Assembly (NCBI GenBank): GCA_965213625.1 | Contig: CBDBZU010000004.1 | Location: 480,001 to 544,000 of the forward strand | Source of the DNA: a bacterium | GTDB taxonomy: Bacteria > UBA8248 | Reading direction: 5' to 3' | DNA: 64,000 bases | Part shown: positions 48,727 to 57,767 of the stretch, one piece after another | Layout: every line of letters starts with the position of its first letter | Numbering within the stretch: the stretch's first letter is position 1 | Made by a program: the position numbers and the translations under genes | Notes under the pieces: model-generated | The model's input: only the letters and a program-made list of their open reading frames with translations | Told to the model about the DNA's origin: nothing | Databases searched by the model: none

Positions 48727-49656
48727 TCACCCACGCACATCCTCAAAAAAATCCCGCACCTCGGCCTCGGCGCGCTCGAAGGATTTCCGCCCGAGCTGGT
48801 ATATGGCCCTGAGCTTGCGCGGATCGTGCTCCATGAAGTCCGTCTCATAGGCGCGCTCTGTGAACGAGTCGTTGATGCGTAGGGTTCGGACGTCCGGGAA
48901 GAACAACTCGCGCAGCGTATCGACGGTGTTCGAACTCGTTCGCGAGAGCGTCATGTAGGTCTTGAGCGGCCGAATGCCCGCGATCATCCGCCGCGTCCAT
49001 TTGCGCGACTCGGGGTAACTCCCCGTCCCGACACTCAATATGCGGATATCCTCCCGGGCGACGCCCAGCGGCCCGGTGGCGTCCGCGATGGCGAAAAGGG
49101 TGGGGTTGTTCGCTGTGAACCCGCCGTCGAGTGCTGTGCGTTCTTCGAGTCGGGGCGTGGCGATGCGCTTTTGCTTCAGGAACGGATGCGCTGCGCAAGA
49201 CGCCAGGATCGCATCCGATATCTTGAGACCCTCGCCCGGCAAGAAACTTTCAGGGCCATTATGCGGTTGATTCAACGTCCTCTTGAACACCATGGGGCAG
49301 TCGTGTTCTTCGTGGGTGACGAGGATTCCGACGTCCAGCTTGAAATCCTCAAATGTCATATCGCCATAGATTCTTTGGGAGTGCCGCTCGAGCGCGTTCG
49401 TCTTGTTGCGCGCGAGCAGAGGCCCCAGCACGTCGGGTGCAAGCTCGAAATAGCGATCCGCAATCGTCGGGTCCACCGGGTCGCCTAGGGCCACCATCGT
49501 GGCGATGATGGAGCCCGTGCTGACGCCGTAGGCGAGATCGAATACCTCGTGCAGGGGGCGTTCCAGAGTGCGCTCAATCCCTGCCAGGACCCCCAGGGTA
49601 TAGACGCCGAGCGAACCACCGCCGTCGAGCGAGAGGATGTAGAAGGGTCTGCTCAT
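48727..49656 (-). CDS. Patatin-like phospholipase
   Basis: LSLDGGG, GVSTG, DGG..ANNP and LSVGTG. Confidence 0.9.
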   Translation of the reverse strand: MSRPFYILSLDGGGSLGVYTLGVLAGIERTLERPLHEVFDLAYGVSTGSIIATMVALGDPVDPTIADRYFELAPDVLGPLLARNKTNALERHSQRIYGDMTFEDFKLDVGILVTHEEHDCPMVFKRTLNQPHNGPESFLPGEGLKISDAILASCAAHPFLKQKRIATPRLEERTALDGGFTANNPTLFAIADATGPLGVAREDIRILSVGTGSYPESRKWTRRMIAGIRPLKTYMTLSRTSSNTVDTLRELFFPDVRTLRINDSFTERAYETDFMEHDPRKLRAIYQLGRKSFERAEAEVRDFFEDVRG

Positions 49657-49803
49657 TGCCGGGCGTTCCAAAGGATGATGCACGGATTCGGCTGAAATGT
49701 CCTCGCAAATTTTGCCGGGGTATATTGCTTATTCATGGGGCTATTCTAGCGCAAATGGGGTTAAGTTGTTCAGTGAGACGCATAGACGACTCATAAGTCT
49801 CCT

Positions 49804-49984
49804 GTAGGGACAAGGTCGCGACCTGTCCTCCCTACCTCTAAAAAACGACCGACCAGTCTGAGGGCGAGACTTCGTCTTAGAAGGAATACGGAAAAACCAG
49901 AAATCTCAGAGAAGCGGTGACGAGCCACCAGTAGGGGCGGACACATGGGTCTGTGGGACAGCCCCGAGAAGGGGCTGTCACTAC
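49804..49984. repeat. Two GTAG...CTAC REP-like elements (49804-49835 and 49931-49984)
   Basis: GTAGGGACA-AGGTCGCGACCT-GTCC..CTAC and GTAGGGGCGGAC...GACAGCCCC/GGGGCTGTC-ACTAC. Confidence 0.6.
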
Positions 49985-50009
49985 GGAATCGAAGATTGTC
50001 GGGGCTGAC

Positions 50010-51740
50010 CTAATCCATCCTTACATATTCATGCGCGCGGAAGGGAACGCCCAGCTCCTCGGTCGCCACCTTCTCGCAGGCTTCGATGTCGATGAGGCCG
50101 TTCATTTGCACGGCCGTCACCTCCACCTCGGGGATGTAGTTCTTGGACCAGCGGACGAATTCCTTGACCAGCGGGTAGGGCTCTTCGATGTCCTTGGTCT
50201 TGCAGATTTTCGCATAAGCCTCCGGGCTTTCCGCCTGCATGCTGATGGAAATCGCGTCCACCAAGCCGCCCAGTTCGGGTAGAATGTTTCGCTCGTGCGT
50301 CTTGTTCGCGAGCCCGTTCGTCACCAGGCGGATCCGCTTGGCGCCGCGGCGCTTGAGTTCGCTCGCCACCTCCTTCACCACGTCGAGGCGGAGCGTCGGC
50401 TCGCCGAATCCGCTGAACACGACTTCCTCGAAGCGCGACGGGTCGCCGGCAGCGGCGAGCACCTCGCCTGCGTCGGGTTCCGCCTGAAGCGTCAGGTTGT
50501 GCCCCTTGTAGACGCAATCGCTCAGCAGGCCGCAGAAAAAACACGAATTCTGGCAATCGTTCGTGATGTTGAGGTAGAGCGTATCGCCGACCGGGTAGGC
50601 GACACCACCCTCCGCGCGCGGCGGTCCCACGCCGAACAGGCGGCGCACGTTCTCCGTGGTGAGGCGCGTTACTGCTTCCGTCGACATCCCGTGGAGTTCG
50701 CCCAAAGTCTCCGCCACGCGCGCGACGTAGGCCGGCTCGTTCCGCTTGCCCCGGTGCGGCGGCGGGGCGAGATAGGGGCTGTCCGTCTCGAGCAGCACGC
50801 GCTCGATGGGGATGCGCTCAAAAACTTCGCGGAGTTCTTCCGAGCGCGAAAAGGTGATGGCCCCGCCCGCGCCCAGGTGAAAATCGATGTCCAGGAATTT
50901 CCGTGCCTGCTCGTCATCGCCCGTGAAGCAGTGGATGACGCCGCCCGCGCGCCACGCCCTTTCTTTTTCCAATATCTCATAGACGTCATCCGCCGAGTCC
51001 CTGCAATGGACGACGATGGGCTTTTTCACCTCGACGGCCAGCCGGATTTGCTCCCGAAACCACTTGCGCTGGGCCTTGCGCGGGGCGCCTTCGCGGTAGT
51101 AGTCCAGCCCGATCTCGCCGATGGCGACCGCTTTGGGATCTTCCGCGAGTTTTGCGATATCCCTGATGATTCGCTCGTTCACGTCCTTTACGTCGCTCGG
51201 ATGCACGCCAACCGCCGCGTAGACGCCCGCGTAGGATGCCGCGAGGTCGAGGGTCAGACGGCTCGACTCCAGGCAGGTGCCCATCGATATGATGTAGTGC
51301 ACCCCCTCCTCGATGGCGCGCTCCACCGCCCCCTGACGGTCCGGGTCGAACGCCTTGTCGATGAGATGCGCGTGGGTGTCCACCAAAACAGGCAGGCCGT
51401 CCGTTTCGGGCAGATCGGCGATGATGACCTGGGGTTTCGGCCTTTGCCTCCGCTCCCCGCGCGAGCGGTTCCTTCCCTTGCGCCCGCCTCGCCTGCGGCG
51501 AGACTCGTTTTCGCGCGAGCTGCCGCTTTCAGGGCGCTGGGCGGCTTTCTCCCCGTTTTGCTTCTGCGCGGCCGGTTCGGTTTTCGCGGATGTAGTCTGC
51601 CGATCTTTGTTTTCCGGGCGTTTCCCTCCCCTTCGACCGCGTCTCCTTCTGCGGCGATTGGGGCGTCCCTTTCTTTCCTGACCTGAGGAAGAGTCCTTAT
51701 CGCCGGATGAATCCGGCGCGGATTCGGATGATTCGTTCAC
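50010..51740 (-). CDS. tatD: TatD nuclease fused to a TatD-associated radical SAM domain, with an Arg-rich N-terminal extension
   Basis: VDTHAH, GVHP, IGEIGLDY, HCR, HCF and ETDSPYL, then LYLNIT..CQNSCFFC and GFGEP. Confidence 0.88.
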   Translation of the reverse strand: MNESSESAPDSSGDKDSSSGQERKGRPNRRRRRRGRRGGKRPENKDRQTTSAKTEPAAQKQNGEKAAQRPESGSSRENESRRRRGGRKGRNRSRGERRQRPKPQVIIADLPETDGLPVLVDTHAHLIDKAFDPDRQGAVERAIEEGVHYIISMGTCLESSRLTLDLAASYAGVYAAVGVHPSDVKDVNERIIRDIAKLAEDPKAVAIGEIGLDYYREGAPRKAQRKWFREQIRLAVEVKKPIVVHCRDSADDVYEILEKERAWRAGGVIHCFTGDDEQARKFLDIDFHLGAGGAITFSRSEELREVFERIPIERVLLETDSPYLAPPPHRGKRNEPAYVARVAETLGELHGMSTEAVTRLTTENVRRLFGVGPPRAEGGVAYPVGDTLYLNITNDCQNSCFFCGLLSDCVYKGHNLTLQAEPDAGEVLAAAGDPSRFEEVVFSGFGEPTLRLDVVKEVASELKRRGAKRIRLVTNGLANKTHERNILPELGGLVDAISISMQAESPEAYAKICKTKDIEEPYPLVKEFVRWSKNYIPEVEVTAVQMNGLIDIEACEKVATEELGVPFRAHEYVRMD

Positions 51741-51779
51741 TCCACAAACTCCAATTCTTCCGGGCGGGGCAACTTGTCG

Positions 51780-53729
51780 CTATCGGACCGGCGCGCCCGG
51801 GGTCACAGTCTCGTCCAAGCCCACGAGCACGAGCTCCTTGCCATCTTCGGCGGCGAGCACCATGCCCTGGGATTCCACGCCCATGAGCTTGGCGGGCGCG
51901 AGGTTGGCCACCAGTATCACCTTGCGGTTCACCAAATCCTCGGGCGCGTAGTGTTTCGCCAGACCCGCCACGACGGTCCGGGTTTCCTCGCCTAAGGAAA
52001 CGGTGAGCTTGAGCAGGTTTTTCGACTTGGGAATGCGCTCGGCCTCCAGCACATGCGCGGCGCGCAAATCCATTTTTTGGAATTCTTCGAAAGATATCTG
52101 TTCCTTCTCATCCTCTGCGGGCGCGGCCTCTTCACCGCTCGCGATTCGCTTGGCCACCTTCTCTTGTATGGCCTCTTTCGCCTCATCCTCGATGCGCGGG
52201 AAAAGAGGGTCGCCCAGATTGGTGACCAGTTCCTCCGGCAAACCGCGCATATCCATCAATTCCGCATAAGGCGCGCTCGTCCAGTCCTCGGCCAGCCCGA
52301 TCTGCGCCCCTATATTCAGCGCGGAAGCGGGCATGACGGGCGAAATCATGGCCGCGACGACGCGAATCGAAGCCACGGCGTGCCAGAGCACCGAACACAG
52401 GCGGGCCTCGTCGCCCTCTTTGGCGAGCGTCCAGGGGGCGTTCGTGTCGATGTATTTGTTCGCGCAGGAAATCACCTCCCAGGCGGCCCTCAGGCCGTGC
52501 TGGAAGTGGGTGGCCGACATGCCGCGCTCGTATTTCTCGGCCGCCTCGGCGACGAATTCGCAAAACGCGCTCTCCGCCTCGGTATCGCCCGCTTCGGAGT
52601 GTTCGAGACGGCCCTCCCTGTAGAGCTTCACCATGTTCAGGGTCCGGTGGAGCAGGTTGCCGAGATCGTTCGCCAAATCGCTGTTGATGCGGTCGATCAG
52701 CGCGCCATGGGAGAAATCGCCGTCCAGCCCGAAGGGTATCTCCTTGAGCAGGAAATAGCGGATGGCGTCGACGCCGTATTCCTCGATCAGCCAGTGCGGG
52801 TCGACCGCATTGCCCAGGCTCTTGGACATCTTCTGGCCCTCGATCGTCCACCACCCGTGGCTGAAGACCTGGCCCGGCAGGGGAACGCCTGCGGAGAGCA
52901 GGAAGGCGGGCCAGTAGACCGCGTGAAACCTCAGGATGTCCTTGCCGATGAAGTGCTGGTCCGTCGGCCAGGGGCTTCCCTCGCGAACCCCCTCCTCATC
53001 GAAGCCCGGCGCGGTCAGGTAGTTGCTCAGCGCGTCGAACCACACGTAGATCACATGGCTTTCATCCCCCGGTACGGGGATTCCCCACTGGAAGCTCGTG
53101 CGCGAGAGGGAGAGGTCCTTGAGACCGCCGCGCACGAAGCTCATCACTTCGTTTCTGCGGCTCTCGGGCTGAACGAACTGGGGGTATTTTTCATAGTGCT
53201 CGAGGAGCGGCTCGGCGTACTTGCTCAGGCGGAAGAAATAGCTCGGCTCCTCCACCCATTCGACCTCGGCGCCCGTGGGCCCGAGCTTTTTGCCGTCCGG
53301 AGTCTCGGTGAGCTCGCTCTCGGTGTAGAATGCCTCGTCGCGGACGGCATACCAACCGGCGTATGCGCCCAGGTAGATGTCGCCCGCCGCCTCCACGCGC
53401 CGCCAGAGCTCCTGCACGCCGCGAATGTGGCGCTCCTCCGTCGTGCGGATGTAGTCGTCATAGGAGATGTCGAGCTTCTCCCAGAGCTCGCGGAACTTCG
53501 CGCTGTTCATGTCGCAGAACGCCAGGGGGTCCATGCCAGCCTCGCGGGCCGCGCGCTCCAGCTTCTGTCCGTGCTCGTCGGTTCCCGTGAGAAACTGCGT
53601 CGGCTCACCGCGCAGCCTGTGGAAGCGCGCCTTGGCGTCGCACGCCACCGTCGTGTAGGCGTGTCCGAGGTGCGGCTTGTCGTTGACGTAATATATCGGC
53701 GTGGAGACGTAAAAAGGTTTCTTGCTCAT
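51780..53729 (-). CDS. metG: Methionine--tRNA ligase
   Basis: PIYYVN..HLGH, GTDEHG and KMSKS. C-terminal tRNA-binding OB domain. Confidence 0.97.
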   Translation of the reverse strand: MSKKPFYVSTPIYYVNDKPHLGHAYTTVACDAKARFHRLRGEPTQFLTGTDEHGQKLERAAREAGMDPLAFCDMNSAKFRELWEKLDISYDDYIRTTEERHIRGVQELWRRVEAAGDIYLGAYAGWYAVRDEAFYTESELTETPDGKKLGPTGAEVEWVEEPSYFFRLSKYAEPLLEHYEKYPQFVQPESRRNEVMSFVRGGLKDLSLSRTSFQWGIPVPGDESHVIYVWFDALSNYLTAPGFDEEGVREGSPWPTDQHFIGKDILRFHAVYWPAFLLSAGVPLPGQVFSHGWWTIEGQKMSKSLGNAVDPHWLIEEYGVDAIRYFLLKEIPFGLDGDFSHGALIDRINSDLANDLGNLLHRTLNMVKLYREGRLEHSEAGDTEAESAFCEFVAEAAEKYERGMSATHFQHGLRAAWEVISCANKYIDTNAPWTLAKEGDEARLCSVLWHAVASIRVVAAMISPVMPASALNIGAQIGLAEDWTSAPYAELMDMRGLPEELVTNLGDPLFPRIEDEAKEAIQEKVAKRIASGEEAAPAEDEKEQISFEEFQKMDLRAAHVLEAERIPKSKNLLKLTVSLGEETRTVVAGLAKHYAPEDLVNRKVILVANLAPAKLMGVESQGMVLAAEDGKELVLVGLDETVTPGAPVR

Positions 53730-54664
53730 CGCTTCGGGCCATTTCCCTTGGGTAAGACGTCGAGGGACGTATCGTTCTCGACGGCGGTTTTAAGAGAAAA
53801 CTGGCCCGTGGGCAAGCGCATCAAGTCCTCCGCGTGAACCGTCATGAAATCTCCGGTCTCGAGGGCGAGGGTCACCTCTTCCTTGAGCAGGTCCTGGCGC
53901 ACGACGGTCGCGCCGCAGTCGCAGCCGCCGACCTTCTTCTTACACGCGGGCAACTTCTTCTTCACCGACACGTAGTGAGAATGCTCGAATCGGAGGCAGC
54001 ACTTGAGCCGCCCGCAGCCGCCGGAGAGCTTGACGGGGTTCAGGCTCAGGTTCTGATCCTTCGCCATACGGACGGAAATGGGGTCGAACGACTTGAGAAA
54101 GGAGCTGCAGCAATAGGTGCGGCCGCAATCCCCGCAACCGCCCTTCATGCCCGCCTCGTCGCGCACGCCGATCTGGCGCATCTCCACGCGGACGGACAGG
54201 CGCTCGGCGAGCACCCGCACCAGCTTGCGGAAGTCCACGCGTCCGTCGGAGGAGAAGTAAAACGTCGCCTTCTTGTTCGAGTGAATGTAGCGGACCTCGA
54301 CGAGGCGCATCGGCAGCTTGAGTTCGGATATCTTCATCCGGCAAAAATCATAGGCGTTCTTCTCGTTCGCCTCGGTACGGACCACCTTTTTCTCGTCATC
54401 CTCGGTGGCTACCCGCAGCACCTCGGGGAGGGATTCGGGATAATAGCGCGAATCCATGACCCGGGGGTTTTCGGATATCTCGCCGAACTCCGTATCCCCG
54501 TCATTGCTCCTGACCATGACCTTCGTGCCGACCCGAAGGCGCAATTCCCCGTAGGTGTGGTGCACCGGCCGCGCGCCGAAGCGCGTCTTGACCCCGACAA
54601 CGCCGATTTTGCGCGTCTCGGGCGGCGCCTCGACGGCGATGCCGCCATTCGATGTATCACTCAT
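53726..54664 (-). CDS. ricT: PSP1 domain protein (RicT/YaaT)
   Basis: GRVDFR, EMRQIGVRDEA, CGR..CC, MAKDQNL and SGGCGRLKCCL. Lies between holB and metG. Confidence 0.88.
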   Translation of the reverse strand: MSDTSNGGIAVEAPPETRKIGVVGVKTRFGARPVHHTYGELRLRVGTKVMVRSNDGDTEFGEISENPRVMDSRYYPESLPEVLRVATEDDEKKVVRTEANEKNAYDFCRMKISELKLPMRLVEVRYIHSNKKATFYFSSDGRVDFRKLVRVLAERLSVRVEMRQIGVRDEAGMKGGCGDCGRTYCCSSFLKSFDPISVRMAKDQNLSLNPVKLSGGCGRLKCCLRFEHSHYVSVKKKLPACKKKVGGCDCGATVVRQDLLKEEVTLALETGDFMTVHAEDLMRLPTGQFSLKTAVENDTSLDVLPKGNGPKR

Positions 54665-54673
54665 TCTTTCACC

Positions 54674-55699
54674 TCAAACCCCGGCGGGGACCGTCTCCCG
54701 CAGGGAATATACCAGAGTCTCGAGCGTCAGGGACGGGTTGGTATTCCCGCCGTCCACGTCGCGCATGGCCTCCCCCACCCTTTCCAGTGCCTTGGTGAGG
54801 CCTGCGCTTCCCCAGCGCTCTCCCATGGCGGCCAACGCCGCCCGTATGTCCGTGTGCCACAATTCTATCGCCTCGGGCGCTTCCTGGGTGATGAGTATAT
54901 CGCGAAGCAGCCCGCGAAGCATTTCCAAAAAGAGAATTGTTTCGTTTCTGCCCGAAGCCCCGCTGCCCGCCCGCTCGGAAGCGAGCGTGATGAGGGTCAC
55001 CTCGTCCGCCCGGCCCGCCGGCGCGCTCAACTCCTCCAGGAACCGCATCGCCTCGTCCCGGCGCTCAGCGAGGTCCTCGACGTCGGCAGACATGGCGACA
55101 CCCAGCCTGCCCATGCTGAGGGAGACGAGCTTTTCCACGTCCGCGCCCTCCTCCCCGATACGCTCATCGAGGATGGCGGCAATATCCGCGCGCGCCAGGG
55201 CCTGGAACCTGAGCCTCCTGCAGCGCGAGATGATCGTCGGCAGCAGGGTGTGGAGGTTCGGCGTCACGAGCATCAAAATCGTGTCTGCGCTCGGCTCTTC
55301 CAGCGTCTTGAGCAGGGTGTTCTGGCTCACCCGCGTCAGCATGTGCGCGTCATCGATGATGAAGACCTGCCGCATCCCCTCGTTCGGACGCTGATGCGTG
55401 CGCCGGATCACTTCCTCTCGAACGGACTCCACCTTGATGGAGCGCGACCCCGCTACCGGACCGATGGAGACGACGTCGGGGTGTACGTTCGTGAGCACCT
55501 TCTCACACGCCGCGCACTTCCCGCACGGCGGCGCATCGCCTGCGCACTGCAATGCCTGGGCGAAAAGGCGCGCCGCGCTCGCCTTGCCGACCCCGTCGGG
55601 GCCATAAAACAGATAAGCGCCCGCCACCTGTCCCGAAGTCAAGTCCCTTCGCAGCAGGTCTAGGGCCGCGTCCTGGCCGCGGATGGATTCCCAGCCCAT
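54674..55699 (-). CDS. holB: DNA polymerase III delta' subunit
   Basis: AYLFYGPDGVGK, CGKCAAC, HPD, LLKTLEEP and LPTIISRC. Confidence 0.93.
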   Translation of the reverse strand: MGWESIRGQDAALDLLRRDLTSGQVAGAYLFYGPDGVGKASAARLFAQALQCAGDAPPCGKCAACEKVLTNVHPDVVSIGPVAGSRSIKVESVREEVIRRTHQRPNEGMRQVFIIDDAHMLTRVSQNTLLKTLEEPSADTILMLVTPNLHTLLPTIISRCRRLRFQALARADIAAILDERIGEEGADVEKLVSLSMGRLGVAMSADVEDLAERRDEAMRFLEELSAPAGRADEVTLITLASERAGSGASGRNETILFLEMLRGLLRDILITQEAPEAIELWHTDIRAALAAMGERWGSAGLTKALERVGEAMRDVDGGNTNPSLTLETLVYSLRETVPAGV

Positions 55700-56313
55700 T
55701 CGAATCTTTCCTTCACGATGGCTACTACTTTCTCGTGCACCGGCTCAATCGCGCCCTCGCCCAGCACGCGGAAACGACCGGGCTCTCGCTTCGCCAGCGC
55801 CTCGAAACCCGCCTGCACCTTGCGGTGAAACGCCAGGCTCTCGCCCTCGAGCCTATCGCCCGCGCTTTCTCCGCGCGCGCGACCAAGACCTTCCTCAAGC
55901 GGTACGGAGAACAACAACGTCAGGTCGGGAACGAGCCCCCCGCTCGCCATGCGGTTCAGCTCCAGCACCATCTCTTCGTCCAGACCCCGTCCGAACGCCT
56001 GGTACGCCGTGGTGGAATCGTAGAACCGATCGCAGAGAACGTTGGCGCCTGCCTCTAGCGCCGGTCGAATCGCCTCGCTCACGTGCTGCGCCCTGTCAGC
56101 CTCGTAGAGCAGGAGCTCCGTCGCGGTGTCGAGACCTTCATCACGCGGCGTGAGAAGCAACTCGCGAATTCCCTCACCGACCTTTGTGCCGCCGGGCTCA
56201 CGCGTCGCGACGACGGGGAGGCCCGCTTCTTCCATCCATGTCCGCAGGCGCGCCAACTGAGTCGACTTACCGCAACCTTCCACACCCTCGAACGTGATGA
56301 AACGACCCCGCAT
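55660..56313 (-). CDS. tmk: Thymidylate kinase
   Basis: FITFEGVEGCGKSTQ, TREPGG, DRAQH and CDRFYDST.AYQ. Confidence 0.95.
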   Translation of the reverse strand: MRGRFITFEGVEGCGKSTQLARLRTWMEEAGLPVVATREPGGTKVGEGIRELLLTPRDEGLDTATELLLYEADRAQHVSEAIRPALEAGANVLCDRFYDSTTAYQAFGRGLDEEMVLELNRMASGGLVPDLTLLFSVPLEEGLGRARGESAGDRLEGESLAFHRKVQAGFEALAKREPGRFRVLGEGAIEPVHEKVVAIVKERFEWAGNPSAARTRP

Positions 56314-56387
56314 CGGCAAATTCTCCCGCAGATTCTCGCGCAACACCTTACCACAACCCGCTCATGGAGCGGACGATGCGCGCGCGA

Positions 56388-57767
56388 TCAACTCCCGTCC
56401 AGTTTCCGGTAAATGGTGCGCGTGGCTATTCCCAGGATGCGTGCGGCGGCGCTCTTGTCGCCGCCCGTATGACGGAGAGTTTCCAGAATGACCCGCCGCT
56501 CGACTTCCGCGAGCGGGGTGCCGACTTCGAGGTTGATGAGCGGGGAGTCCGAAGCCACGGACTGTTCACCGTTCGTGGACTCGCCCCGGGCGATTTGCGC
56601 AGGCAGATCGTCCACCGAGAGAATCTCCCCCCGGCTCAGCACCACGGCGCGCTCCACCATATTTTCGAGTTCGCGCACGTTTCCTGGCCAATGGTAGTTC
56701 GACATCGCATCGAGCGCCTCGCGAGAAAACGCGAGAATGGACCGGTTGTTCTTCGCGGCGAAGCGCTGGAGGAAGTGCTCGGCGAGCAGCGGAATGTCAC
56801 TGCGCCTATCCCTCAGGGCGGGCATCTGGATGGTGATCACGTTCAGGCGGTAGTAGAGATCCTCGCGAAACCTCTTATCGGTCACGGCGGATTGCAAGTC
56901 CACGTTCGTGGAGGCCACGATTCGCGCGTCCACCTTCAAAGTCTGCGTCCCGCCGACGCGCTCGAATTCTCCCTCTTGCAGGACGCGGAGAATCTTCGGC
57001 TGCAAAACGAGGGGCATGTCCCCGATTTCATCGAGAAACAACGTGCCCTCGTGCGCGAGCCTGAAGCGCCCCTCCTTGCGGCTCACCGCGCCCGTGAACG
57101 CCCCGCGCTCGTAGCCGAACAGTTCGCTCTCGAGGAGCGTATCGGGAAGAGCAGCGCAGTTCACCTTCACCATCGCCTTGCCCGCCCGCTCGCTACCTTC
57201 GTGCAGGGCGCTCGCCACCAGTTCCTTGCCCGTTCCGCTCTCACCCAGAATCAGGACCGATGCGGAGGTGGGCGCGACCTGGCGAACCATGTCCTTCACC
57301 CGGCGAATCGAGGGGTGGTCCCCCATCATGCCCGATGTGTCTCTCAGGCTCTGGAGCTGCGCCCGCAAATCCGCGTTCTCGCGCATGAGGGCCTGTTTTT
57401 CCAGGGCCTTGTCTATCGCCTTGAGTACGACCACGCGCTCCAGGGGCTTGGTCAGAAAGTCATACGCCCCCTCTCGCATCGCCTCCACGGCCGACTCGAT
57501 GCTCCCTGCGCCGGAAATCAGGATCACTTCCGTATCCGGGCTTACGCGCTTCACCTCCTTCAGCAAACCGATGCCGTCCATCCCGGGCATTCTGAGATCG
57601 GTGATCACCAGATTTACGGGTTCGGCGCCGAACATTTCGGCGGCGGTTTCCGCATCGTGCGCCATGTCGACGTCGAATCCCTCCTTGGCGATCATCTTCT
57701 GGAGAGCTTCGCGGCTGCCGCGCTTGTCGTCCACTACCATCACGCGCGCTCCGGCGTGGTCACTCAT
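56388..57767 (-). CDS. Sigma54-dependent response regulator (NtrC family)
   Basis: Receiver DLRMP, GESGTGKE, GAFTGA, WPGNVREL and a Fis-type HTH. Confidence 0.95.
   Translation of the reverse strand: MSDHAGARVMVVDDKRGSREALQKMIAKEGFDVDMAHDAETAAEMFGAEPVNLVITDLRMPGMDGIGLLKEVKRVSPDTEVILISGAGSIESAVEAMREGAYDFLTKPLERVVVLKAIDKALEKQALMRENADLRAQLQSLRDTSGMMGDHPSIRRVKDMVRQVAPTSASVLILGESGTGKELVASALHEGSERAGKAMVKVNCAALPDTLLESELFGYERGAFTGAVSRKEGRFRLAHEGTLFLDEIGDMPLVLQPKILRVLQEGEFERVGGTQTLKVDARIVASTNVDLQSAVTDKRFREDLYYRLNVITIQMPALRDRRSDIPLLAEHFLQRFAAKNNRSILAFSREALDAMSNYHWPGNVRELENMVERAVVLSRGEILSVDDLPAQIARGESTNGEQSVASDSPLINLEVGTPLAEVERRVILETLRHTGGDKSAAARILGIATRTIYRKLDGS

Noticed and set aside
48727-49656. CBASS CapV effector
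   Set aside because: There is no neighbouring CD-NTase, and the gene sits among core genes.
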